This document shows, in pieces, positions 40,978 through 53,034 of a DNA stretch of 64,000 bases (positions are counted from its first letter, which is position 1; the number at the start of each line of letters is the position of its first letter). This DNA is from Antedon mediterranea (lineage: Eukaryota > Animalia > Echinodermata). The position numbers were made by a program, and so were the translations under genes. The stretch lies in assembly GCF_964355755.1 (NCBI RefSeq), contig NC_092677.1:19180101-19244100 (forward strand), written 5' to 3'. Under the pieces are notes generated by a model, which was not told where the DNA came from, did not search any database, and was given only the letters and a program-made list of their open reading frames with translations.

Positions 40978-43900
40978 TTACTTGGCAGCTCCAGCAGATT
41001 TCTTTAGTTTGTTAAATTCACGGTTGATGATGCGAGATCGCTATAGAAAAAAAAAAATGTATAAATTAGCTTTAGTATTCAAATTCTTTACTGCAACATG
41101 GTAAGCATTGTTAAATTTACAATATTTAAAATACAAGTTCACAAAATATAAAAATTACATTAAAATATAAACAAAGTCATCTTAAATATAATTATTATGT
41201 TATTTTAAAATATAAATATGCGCTGTGAATCATGTGTTTAAGTTATTAACAAGTATTAAAAATTATCTGTTGATTATTTTGTTTTTATATTTGATTAATT
41301 TTCATATACTGTATAGAACAATTACCATGAGTCGGTCCCCAAATGGGAGGAAGGGTTCCTCAGCCCACCCCAAAATAAAGTCACGGAAATGAAAAAACTG
41401 TCATGACAAAACAGGTGAGGGGGCACCGACCGCATCGCCATTCATGCAATACTCCGTAGTTGATAAGATCTATTGGTTGGAGTAAAAGGTATAGAGAGTG
41501 ATTGTGTCTGAGGTTATATTTATGTTTGACTTTAGCATCATTCACACAATGCACAAAAGTCAATGGTGACGTTTATTAGCAACCAAGGTGAAGGACTAAT
41601 TTGTGGTGGTTAACCCATAAACTGAATCGGTTCTACAGCAATTAATTTGAGAGACAATAATGATTGAAAACATTTCTACAGTACAGTAGCCCTATAAGCA
41701 AAACATTCTTACAGTTTGTTTAGCTTTCATCAACTTGAACCTTTCAAAGTCTGTCAGCTCTGTTCGGCGTTTCTTTGCTGCAATTTTCTGTGCCCAAACT
41801 GTAGCTTCCCATTTCTTCTGAACCTAAAATATGCAATAAATGTTTGTAATACCTCTATACTTAGTGCAAAGTAATATTAAAATAATGTAACATATAGGTT
41901 CCTTTAGGAACGAGCATGTGCATGCTCTATGGGCCAATCTACATGAACACACAGTTTTTACTCATATTTATTCCAATACAGAGCCTGTATGTACCGTAGA
42001 GTTCATTCAAACCAATCCATATGTTTTTAAAGGATTGAGGACCATTTATATGGGACCCACATTTTGTCACATAAATTTTCGATATGGGTCTTATAAAAAT
42101 TATACATAATAAGTGTTACCTTGCACACCTGATATTTGTTCATGCGGACCTATTTGTATTGGTGCAAGATTAGCTTGCACAATTGTTTTCTTATGGAATG
42201 ATCAAACATTTTTCTGTAAAGTGATTCCCCAGTCGTTGGCGAATGACAGCGCAAGCCTAGCTATGCATACCTCTTCTTTGTTCCACACCTTCTTGACGGT
42301 TCCTGTCCTTGCTGAATGTGGTAACTTGACGACAATGTCAGTCAGTCGTAGCAATTTAAAGCTGATGGCCTGACGTTTCACATCTGAACATGGACCATCA
42401 ACAAGAGCCTGAACAGTTATTTTAAAAATAAAATTTATTGTACAAGGCAGTGGTGTTAATTTTGAGTGTATAACTGGACCAGTAGGCATGGTAACAAATC
42501 CTGGTCGTTTTTTATACTGTATATTTTGAAAATATTAATAATATTGTTCCCAAAAACAATGTTATTTCACTGAGTTTTTATACTGTAGTATTCAACACAT
42601 TTCTTAGGCCTTTGTTAACACGAATTAGCAGCCTTTTATCAACTGCTAAGCCAAGCACACATAATAGCATGCATAATAGTGTCACCAAAATGTGGATAAA
42701 ACAGATTAGATCTTGTCTAGGAAAGTGCATGGCATTCCCATTCAAAAAATAATATTTCAACTACTTACTCTAGCTCCGTCGATTACATCAACAATAACAC
42801 ACAGCTTGCCACCTTCTACTCCATGGTTGATGAAGGCCACACGGCCGATCTCTACAAATCGATTGTACACCTGCAAGTCAAAATTGTAATTGCAAATATT
42901 TTTAAATCCCACTTTTTCCAATGTTATTGAAATAAAGTGGTTCAGAATAGTACAGGACGACTAGGTTAGTCCTGAAGTGAAACAAACAAAAATCAGGCTT
43001 TTTATAAACAAAAAGTTTATCATTAGAAAAAAACAATTAAATAACAGAAAATAATCATTAAAAGAATATCGGTGGCATTTTGGGGCTCGATTTGTAATAG
43101 CCCAGCTAGGAAATCTCTTCCAGGCTACACAAAGTATCTTCCTTTATTAATATTAGGCTAGGCCTAGTATGGATGATTATTTAATAGTGATTTGTTTAGG
43201 ACCACAATGAAAATAAATTTGCCCTCTCGGTACTTTATTGTGTTTTTATCCTATGATTTTATGTTCGAATAAAGAAATAAAATTCTTAAACCTTAATAAT
43301 AAATATTATAATTAATTGTCTTGTTTGAAGCTTGGCATGATGGCGAAATCAATAATGTTGATCGCCATTTCCGAAAAGAAGAATGGAATGGCTAGCGTGA
43401 GCAACAATAGACTCCATCTAACCTAGGCCTTACCTCTAGTTAGCAGGTACTAGGTCGAGGCTAGGACCTACGGGCTACGTACACAAACTCACACTTCTAA
43501 ACTACCGGTCACGGCAATCAAATAAAATGGACGTGATAGGCCTACTAGCTACGACCTACCTAGGCCGGCGCTAATGCAGTTTCGTACCCACCCCTTAAAA
43601 TTACTCAAAATCTTCATCCAACCTACTCACGAGTTGTCTACAACATTCTGCAATCATAAAATTGTAAAAATCGATACTTTTTTATTTAAAACTATTTTTA
43701 ATCAATTAATACTGAGCACCCTTCGGAAATACATCGCCAGCTTAGCTTCGCGAAAATCATCGCTAGGCCTGCCGATAAAAGTACGGAGGCCTCACAGGAC
43801 ATTAACTCTATAGAGTAAACAGTTGCGTTCTTTAGAGGGCGTAGTTACTAACGTTTAAAGCACGCACCAAATAATTATAATTTTCATTATTTCCGACATG

Positions 43901-45211
43901 CGTTTCGTATTTTTAATAAAGAAAAGAAATACTATACAATTGCTGTATTCATCATTGTGGGTATCATCATAATTATGTTATGTTTTTAATTTGTTCTTTC
44001 ATTTTACTAGTAGAATTTCACACAGAAAAGAAGATAAATATGGAACTGCTGACTCTTGAAGATATAAGTACTGACCAATTTTCCTCTGTTTTAGTTTATT
44101 TTACATTATGGTTTGTAGGTCAAATAAATAAATGAAATGAATAAAAAGAATTACAGTACTTCATTCCTGAGTTACATTGTTAATGTTATAACACAATAAT
44201 CAAGCTATGACGAATTAATTGTTTTAGTATTTGTTATCACTAGCTATACTAGAAACGCTAATGGTTTCCCTTTTTTAAGATTTTATAGAAGTATATTATT
44301 ATTAATTAACATTTTTTATTCACCTATGAAAGACCTCTTCAAATACATGGAAATAGGAAATGCAACAAAAACAGAAAGATATAATTTATTGAAATGTAAT
44401 GTACAGTAATACAATAATTATAATAAAAATGTTTTCCATCAATTACTAGAATTTATTTTACTTCTGCTGACACTGAATACATCATTTCATGTCTATTCAT
44501 TAATTTATTTCAACAATATTTTATGAGGGTGGTCCATCCAGCCGAAGCTGATCATTAGGGACCCTTACAAAAAATATAATTTGACAAGACAATAACACAC
44601 AACATTCAAAATAAATAGAATTTCTAAAAATTAACAACATAATTAAACACAAAATATTTCTTTATGAAAAAAACTTAAAATCCGTTTCACGAGGAACATG
44701 TAAAAAATATTTTATTATCGCCATAATATGATCATAACAGCGTCCTCTATCGATCGATGCCCTATGAGGCCTCCGTACTTTCATTGGCAGGCCTAGCGAT
44801 GATTTTCGCGAAGCTAAGCTGGCGATGGATTTCTGAAGGGTGCTCAATTATTAATTGATTAAAAATAGTTATAAATAAGAAATTATCGATATTTTACCAT
44901 TTTATGCTTGCTGAATGCTGTAGACAACTCATGAGTAGGCTAGATGAAGTATTGAAATAATTTTGAGTAATTTTAAGGGGTGGGTACGAAACTGCATTAG
45001 CGCCCCTAGGCCTAGCTAGCCTAGGAGGAGTAGGAGTATTTTGTTTTACCTTAATTAACTGTTAAAAATGTAATCAATTGAGTACTACAAATCCTAATAC
45101 AATCAAGCTGATGTTAAAATATAATATAAATGATAATAAAACATTTATTCTTAAGTACAATTGTACGTTTTTTATTCATTAAATTGTGTTTCAATTTTCC
45201 GAACCTACCAT
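40978..45211 (-). CDS. RPL14: 60S ribosomal protein L14 (eL14), 138 aa; exons 45211-45209 (ATG), 42870-42769, 42408-42271, 41823-41713, 41040-40978
   Basis: [15 protein letters not shown]...[29 protein letters not shown]...LPHSAR...[53 protein letters not shown]; GT-AG junctions, all phase 0. Confidence 0.96.
43567..45004. mobile_element. Non-autonomous DNA transposon with about 245-bp TIRs in RPL14 intron 1 (Merlin- or MULE-like)
   Basis: TIR GGCGCTAATGCAGTTTCGTACCCACCCC; 8-bp TSD CCTAGGCC on both sides. Confidence 0.85.
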
Positions 45212-45250
45212 GCTTGACGTCTTTAGGTTAAAAAGGCTGGTTTCCGGTAA
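45212..45250 (-). promoter_or_regulatory. RPL14 TCT/5'TOP initiator with adjacent ETS-like site
   Basis: Minus strand ACCGGAAACCAG-CCTTTTTAACC...GTCAAGC-ATG/GTAGGT. Confidence 0.7.
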
Positions 45251-45916
45251 AAACGATTCATGGGATTGATCGTGTTCTGTGGCTCATGTTTGCTCCCCTC
45301 AACGTCTGTATTTTGAATGTGACGCTGTTTAATTGTAAACATGTGTACCTTACAATCAAATCCGTACATTTAGTGGCACCCGGAGCTATAAATTAGTTTC
45401 ATTCATTTAGTGGCACCTAAGAAAAAGTCTTTTCGTCGGTACCACTCAGAACAATGACGGTGCATACGATGAAAATATAGTATAGAGAAAAAAAAATCAC
45501 ATTAAAAATTACAAAGCTATAATAGTCTATAAAATCAACACTGTCTAGATTTGTTTAAAGTGGTCTATTTCCTAAAATAGAAAACACAAAGGAAGTAACC
45601 GTTGTAATATTGTAGCACGCTGAGATCCATTGGAAATTAAAGAAAGAACAAAAGTAAAATATATCGATCTAAGAATGAAACGAATAGGCCTACTAGCGCG
45701 TAACATGCATATGATGGTGAATATTGATGATAAGAAGATATGTAAATTGTCACAATTCAGAGTTGCTGGCCATACGAAAGTGTACGGTGAAAATTATCGA
45801 GATTGTGGACTTCTTGCCAAATAACGCTATTACGACCATTCATTCCGTCTGTAAGCAATTTGGCTGCATGGATATTTAACCGACATGACACTCTCAACCG
45901 GTTCGCCGACAACTAG

Positions 45917-47509
45917 CAGGGGCGGTCGCAGGACTATTTTAAGGGGGTTGCCCAAGAATCCTCAGGTAGTGAGTATTTTCGTCATAGTCGCACCCCCCCC
46001 CCCCACCCCCCATGGTCGCAAATAATACTCTTGCACGTAAAATTCACGATTAGTAGAAATGAAACTCTATATCGCAGGGCCGTAGCCAGGATCTGTCAAG
46101 GGGGGGTTCGGACACTAAATATTTGGGTCAACCCCCCCCCCCCCTCCCTGATGCGAAGCGAATTTTGTTAAATGACACCCCTAGATGGCCGGAAAAGACA
46201 CTCTCGTGCAGCATGCTATATAACCAATGAGCAAAAAGATCGTACTTTTTTCCTCCTCCTCAAACACGTCGATAATTTAAATGACGATAACTATTTGTTG
46301 CCGTATGTTAGATGCGCGTGCTCTGTGCGGAACCGCCGATTGTTTGATCATTTACTCCGTATTTTGTTTTGCGTTCAAGTTCAATGCGAACGTATATCTA
46401 GGAGCAGCCCCGAAAAAAGCACACTGGGCGAAGGCAAATGCTATTTGCTAGTTCTATCTATAATATTTATTTACAGAAATTTGTTGAAGAATATAAATAT
46501 GTAAATAGGTGATATTGATACATTTTAGTACGTATCGGCTGGTGGTCTAGAAAAAAATAATCGGATGCCATAATGTGAACTACAGTACTTGATACCATAG
46601 ATATTATAGTGTAAAATATTAATATTCACTATAATCCTCTATGATACATTATACTTCATAGTCACACATAAATACTGATGTACGTCGGAAGGCTATATAC
46701 TTTATGCATGCTGCCTGACTGCCAGTGATCTAAACAATTATAGGTACGCAGTTTGTCTGGCGGTGTCCTTTGTACGAATCGTTCGTGCGCCAGCTCGCTA
46801 TGAGACGCGTCAATATCATGCTACATGCAGGGACCAAACATTTATTTTTCAGGTTAAAATCGGCAATTCATTTGCAGCTTTTAGAAATTTACAGACACGT
46901 ATCACTAGTTGACGCTCATACAGAGAAGAAGGTTCACGAACAAGTTTACGAATTTTTCAATTTACAAACAACTTTTTGTACTGTGGGGCACGTATTTGGA
47001 GGATTTTTGGAGATGAGGGTGAGGTATTGGACATGTCGGGGATGGGGGTTCGCAGTTGGTTAAGGGGGGTTCGCTGTAAAGGGGGGGTTCGCCCGAACCA
47101 TAAAAACCCCCCCTGGCTACGGGCCTGTATCGGGCTACAGTACCAAAATAGATTGTATAAACGCCTGTTTTTTCCGCCGGTAAAACACAAGCGACAAACA
47201 ATAGGATAAACTTATTTGCGTTCAATGCGAAAGTTTAGAGGAGGTCCCCGACGAAGGTACTTCCGGTAATGTAATAAATTCTAGCAATTAACATCACTTA
47301 ATATAAATTGAATTATTATCAATTACTGTATGAATTATTTTGAAATAAATGCTAAATAAGTCAGTAAAACCAAAATTTCCACTGTACAACGACACTCCAG
47401 AAAAGAAAATATGAAAAAGAAGCAACACTTATTTCAAAGTCCGTAACGTCCGTAATTATTACGGAAATTCGCCCAAATTTTACGGACGTAGGGAAATGAA
47501 GATAAATAG
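45917..47509 (+). mobile_element. hAT-like element fragment (CAGGGGCGGTCGCAGG end) hosting the 46075 insertion
   Basis: Inverted homologue without the insertion at about 51604-52204. Confidence 0.7.
46075..47127 (+). mobile_element. hAT-like non-autonomous element, copy 2
   Basis: Same TIRs and body as 35205-39328; TATCG duplicated; empty site visible near 52036-52052 on the minus strand. Confidence 0.88.
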
Positions 47510-47805
47510 GGTACTACGGAAATACTTTTAAGTATTTCCGTAGTACCCTATTTATTTAAAAATGATGGGGAATCCCCGGCAAAATGCAATGATTATGGAG
47601 AAATCAACGACCCATATGACGGGGTTTACCACGAACACAATTTGTAGTCCTCTTTCGTATCTTCCCACCCACACAAGCAATCCAAACAGTCAACAAAACA
47701 AAAATGCTGACCGCCGGTAAATTATGCACGGTATTTTGTACTGCTGGTTAATGTTACACTGCAGTCTGTTCAGACCCTGGACTTTTATAACGTTAATGGT
47801 TAATA

Positions 47806-49181
47806 TCTATATTATAAGTGAGAGAGTTTGTCTGTCTGTTTGTTTGTTTGTTCGTTATACAAAATTTTGTTACTGCACATAATCTCACATATGGGGTATC
47901 AAAATGACCGCAATTGTACCGGGAATGTTCTAAGCTATATTTCAACATCATCCGCCACCTAGGATCCAAGTTAGGGACCAAAATGTGGTCAAACCCCCCA
48001 CTTTCGATGTTTGTTCGTTATAAAAATTTCTGTTTCTGCACGTAACCATACGTATGGGGTATTAAAATGATGGCAATTGTACCCGGAAGGTTTTAAACTA
48101 CATTTAAAAAAATTCCCCTGACTCCTGGGGTTTTTGTGGGAGGGGTGGGAGGGGTGGGCGGGGGTGGTGTGGTGCTTTGTGATGTCATTTTTTGCTAGGG
48201 CTCGGGGTTGTAGGCTATTGAATTGTAAAATTATACTACAAAAGTTTTACAGTATTTTAATTATCCTCAGCAAGGCGTATATAGATATACATATTTTATT
48301 CATTAACCAATATGACACCTATTCATTTACACATTTAGCAAAGTACTTTAACCATATCCAGCTATGTATCGTCTCTTGGATTGTCTCAGTACAAACATCC
48401 ATTCCTGTGTGAACATACAAACGTTGTTTACTGTTACTGTGTTCAACTACACCACCAATCCTCCAAGGGAAAAACGCCCATTGTGGGAGAGTGGGGTTGG
48501 GAGATAGGGTTTGGGTTCAGGGGATAGTGGGGATTTTGCTTACACCAGAATTGTGGTTGGAAAATGTTAAAGTATTTAATCATCCCTGGGAAGCGGATGG
48601 GAGGTTGGGGTGGGGATGTAGGCCTATAGCACCATGACCGAAACTGTATTTGACAACTGCCACTGAGGAATTATGGGTTGGGAGTGATAATAACATAATT
48701 TGTACTGGGGTGTAGTGTAGTAGGGGGAGGAGGAGCGAAAATACTAGCTTAGTGAAGTAGCCTATATGATTGGATTGTACTAAGGAAAGTTACTAAATTT
48801 GAACTGTCCAGGGGAGGAGTCAAGGTTTGTTGGTGGCTGGGGTGGTGAAAGGAGAAAGAAGGCTGGGGGACCGCAGTATCTAAATTACATATTTTAATTA
48901 TCAGCCAATATGACACCTATTCATTTACACAATTTACAACGTACCATTTAACCATTATTAGACCCATCGTAGCTATGCATACTCCTCTCAATTCGAAGCT
49001 TAGGTTGAATTGAATTTGTCCATCACTGGGAAGAATTTGTTTTTAAGAAAGAGTATGGGGTGTTATTGAAGAGGGGTGGAGGTTGGCGAGTATAGACAGA
49101 TACTCATGGCGTCGGGTGTTATGTACTGAGAAGGCTGTAAACTAATTTTGAAACCCGCCCTGGGGCGGGTATAATTGCTAG
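47806..49181 (+). mobile_element. Non-autonomous Helitron
   Basis: A/TCTATATTATAAG 5' end with (GTYT)n tract; 3' hairpin ACCCGCCCTGGGGCGGGT then CTAG/T; no TSD. Confidence 0.85.
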
Positions 49182-49534
49182 TATTATAATATGAGTGAGT
49201 TTAAGGGTGGGGAGTTGGGTCGAATAAATAATTGGTATACCATGTTCATGTAACAGAACCTCGATCCCCGCATAGTATTGTTTTCAGAAACAAGATATTG
49301 CGAGGGCCGAGGTTCTTTGGAGTCGCTGGCTATCTATAAAATTACAGTAGACTGTTTTGTCGAAATAGGTGTTTGTTTACGTTGAGGAAAAAGTGAGGAA
49401 ATGTTAAGCTTTTGATTTTGGAATTATTTCCAGCTTCTTGTGTGTGGACAATAATACTTAAAACTCGTTTTGCTATGAAATCTTGTCTAATTCACATTCT
49501 GAAATACAAATATCATGAAAGTAAAAAAAAAACA

Positions 49535-50532
49535 CTATTGGTTGTCTGCTGCAGCATCCGGGATAGTTCTGCTGTTTCGCCGTCGATGCTTGCGTGCCCA
49601 TCGCCAGATCCGCGTCGAAGCCACGGCACACGAATTCGCCAACGGTTGGGAAGTAGTACCTTCCTGTTGATTACTGCCTACTGTTGCGTTATCACCATCA
49701 ATGGCTGGCGTCGTGGTCTCGTCACGACGTGCCACTACATCTCCTTGGTGTTGGTTCGTAGCACTATGATCCATTGCTCTATTTATCTTCGCTCTCAACT
49801 AACTGTCGTCTAGTCAGTAACGCATGTGACTCCTCATTTGAGCGGGAATGTCCAACTTCTTGAACATCGGCTACACCATTAGCACGATTAAATTTGCGTT
49901 GCCTGATTTCAACTATGTATTCGCATAGCTGTGCAAATTCTTCCTCTGCTTCGCGTTTCATTTCCATCCTCATTTCTTTTCTCAGAAAATATCTCTTTCT
50001 AAAACCGTCATCTGGATCTGGGAAAATCTGTAAATTATTCGCATTTTCATCACGATTTCTTGATTTCAAACTCATTTCGTATGCGTGTGCACACATCCGA
50101 CGTCTGTTTTCATAATATTGTATTTTTTCATCTGTCGTTCCTCCGGAGAAAGCACCAGCAGGTGGTTCTTGTAAATTTTTATATCGGCTAAGTCGACGTA
50201 ATCGGACATCAGATCAGTAAACCGTTGAATCTCAGAACGGGCACTTGCTAGCAAGTTTCTGATTGTTCCAGCATCACAATCATTTGTTGAATTTACTGGA
50301 ACTTGTTTAGGTCTTCTAAACGATGACGGTAATTCGAGAGAGCGCTCTCGGTTGTTCGGTTCATGTCTACGACGGATCCCAGACTTATGCACAGGACCTT
50401 AATAACAAAAGAAATGAAACTGAATTTTTGTACAGTATATAGGCCTAAATCAATTTAATAATTCATGCAATTACAGTATTATATAATAAAAATACTACAT
50501 AAGTAAATTATCTTACCATTTGGCATATCCAT
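49535..50532 (-). pseudogene. Two-exon gene of unknown family with two frameshifts (pseudogene or assembly indels)
   Basis: ATGGATATGCCAAATG/GTAAGA, acceptor before 50397, then three overlapping ORFs (50392-50072, 50096-49779, 49798-49535) in GC-richer DNA. Confidence 0.5.
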
Positions 50533-50719
50533 TTAAAAATTCTCTTAGATTTCTAGTTAATAATAGCAGATGTGGTCAGTATAAAACGATCTTCTTCGTT
50601 TTAGCTGTTCAATTGAATGTTTATTATTGCCGTTTCCATAGTACAATTTGACCCGCATTCACTAGTAAAACGCGCGCGTACCAACACACGGAAATGATGA
50701 GCGCGCGTGTCTCAGTGCA

Positions 50720-51119
50720 ATGTGCAATTCGGAAATGGTTGAAATGGAGCGAACTCTAAATGCGCAGACAGAAAGTGGGGAAACACCGATGGAATACGTC
50801 TTGCTGAAGTTGCAAAGCTTCTTCAATAACGATTTGGAAGCCATGGACAGCATGTGTAGCGAGAATTGCGGATTCTGATTAACAGCGAGTGTTGTTATTG
50901 AAGGATCAGATATATTTTGTCTTTATGACAGCAATGGCAACATTCGAGAGGCTGCAAGAGCCTCTAAGATCACACCTGATTACAATGAACGATACTCCCC
51001 GGTCTTTGAAACATCTCTCCAGATTGTTTATTCGCGACTATTTTGGCCGAAATGACTTATCAAAGTTAAGTTCGCTTCCACTACTAAAGCGAATCATCTT
51101 ATGTACGAATAATGCCTAG
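50720..51119 (+). pseudogene. Ankyrin-repeat and SOCS-box (ASB-like) gene remnant
   Basis: LNAQTESGETPM (ankyrin-like) followed after frame breaks by TPRSLKHLSRLFIRDYFG...LSSLPL (SOCS box). Confidence 0.65.
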
Positions 51120-51442
51120 TGTGAGACAATACAAAAGAGACAGAGGAAATAAATTGCTTAATTTAGAATGAACAGAGTACCTGTTCAATTTGAAAGGACC
51201 CCCTTTCCCGGTTTATTTTTGCCGGTTGCATTCAGCAACAACTGTTGTTTTTGTTTCTTGATATTTTCGCAATAATGTTAACATAAAACTATCCTATTAA
51301 TTTAATGTGAATAGCTTACATTATCAACTTCGACAAAACAATTTTTTCCTACATTAATGGACAAAAGTGCAATCAACAAGTTCCTTGCTATAAAAATAAT
51401 TGATAGTTTATATAGTATATGGGTATCGCGTTCGTTTCAGTG

Positions 51443-52304
51443 CAGTGGCGGACGTAGGGAGGTGTTTCCCCAGTTGCCCGGGCAACACCCTTAATTTCAT
51501 ACCTAAATGGTTTTTTTTTCTGCCAATAAACTAAAATTTAGATCCCATTTCATCATATTATAGATTAACTATTAACGTTATAGAAGTCAAGGGTTGGAAA
51601 AGACTATATTTATCTTCATTTCCCTACTTCCGTAATATTTGGGCGAATTTCCGTAATAATGACGGACGTTCCGAACTTTGAAAAACATTGTTTAATTGCT
51701 TCTTTCAGAGAATTTCGATGGTGGTTGTACAGTTGTTTATAGTGGATAAATGAAAATGAATTTAGGAAATTGTGGTTTTACTGACTTATTTAGCATTTAT
51801 TTCAAAATAATAAAATTTAACGTTTTGCTCAATATATTTATAGCAGCAGCTTCACATTTTTTTTCTGAATTATTTTAATTATTAATTGATAATAATTGAT
51901 TTGTATTTATTGATTTTAATTGCTAGAATTCATTAAATTACCGGAAGTACCTACCAAACAATGTTATCCTATTGTTTTTCGTTTGTGTTTTACCGGCGGA
52001 AAAAAACAGGCGTGATACGATCTGGTTGCTACTGTGTAGCCCGATATAGAGTATCATTTCTATTTATCGTGAATTTTACGTGCGAGCGTACCATTTCCGG
52101 CCATCTAGGGGTGTCATTTAACAAAAATTCGCAAATACTTAGTGTCTACGGTCCTCTGAGGACTCTTGGGCAACCCCCTTAAAATAATTCTGCGATCGCC
52201 CCTGATATGATGAAATGGGATCTCAATTTTTATTTAGTGGCAGAAAAAAACATTTAGTATGAAATTAAGGGTGTTGCCCGGCAACACCCGTGCGTCCGCC
52301 CCTG
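51443..52304. mobile_element. hAT-like MITE with about 110-bp TIRs enclosing an inverted copy of the 45917 element
   Basis: CAGTGGCGGACG...CGTCCGCCCCTG; GGCAACACCCTTAATTTCATAC mirrored near 52256-52280. Confidence 0.7.
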
Positions 52305-53034
52305 ACTATCGTAATTCGCCGATAGACAACAACTCTAGTCTCAGAATGATTTTCTTCATTTCGTCAGGTATCAATAATTCAGTTTACAAAAATAACAAAT
52401 TTCTTCACATTTCTGAAGATTTCGAATCCTTTTAAGGTGCATCATCAACTTTAATATGATTCTTTATCATCCCTGTACAGTCACTCCCTGATATTAATAA
52501 ACTAGTGTAAATTAATAAGCATACTCATCCTAACAAGGCTTCGTGAGACCAGATAGTATTATAATAATTGCAAAAAAAAAACGTCACAAGAGTCATTGGT
52601 ACCCGGCCGTAAACAAACCAACAAAAATGTTACTTTCGTCTGACAAAGCTTACCTGGATTTGTGATAGGTGCCTAATTGCCATTCGAATTTGGAATGATA
52701 TCCAGAACAAAATCAAATCAAAATCTCGTTGTTAAATATTAACTGATGCATTGTGATGAAAGGTGAAAAATCCGGGTACTCCTTCTTGATTAGGCCTACA
52801 AAAAAAGCATGACATTATTGACCACAAGTATTCTTTTTTCTTCGAAAGTTGGAGGTCAAACTGGCCAGTTTGATTGAGAATTTCTTAAAATCCAAAATCA
52901 TGAAAAATAAAGATTTATAAAATCAGACTTTTAATAGCACATTTTGCAGTATTAATGAAGTTATTCACTTCCATAGAAAAAAATGATTTCATTTATTAAA
53001 AGAAATTAAAATTTAACCAAAAACCCATGGACTT

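Noticed and set aside
41326-41632. Telomerase RNA, RNase P/MRP or U3 identity for the RPL14 intronic element
   Set aside because: No CUAACCCU template, no recognisable P4 consensus, and no canonical box C/D pair found by eye.
42180-42260. U17/SNORA73-like RNA in RPL14 intron 3 (GACTGGGGA...ACAatt)
   Set aside because: The m1 (AUAUUCCUA) and m2 (AAACCAU) motifs are not properly present and the segment is too short.
43337-43382. RPL14 first exon at CGCCATCATG or AAATGGCG
   Set aside because: Neither ATG is followed by a GT donor; the ATG/GTAGGT with TOP tract at 45211 fits much better.
52300-52800. Possible minus-strand exons (AG/GT bounded)
   Set aside because: Stops in the frames tried and no recognisable protein motif.
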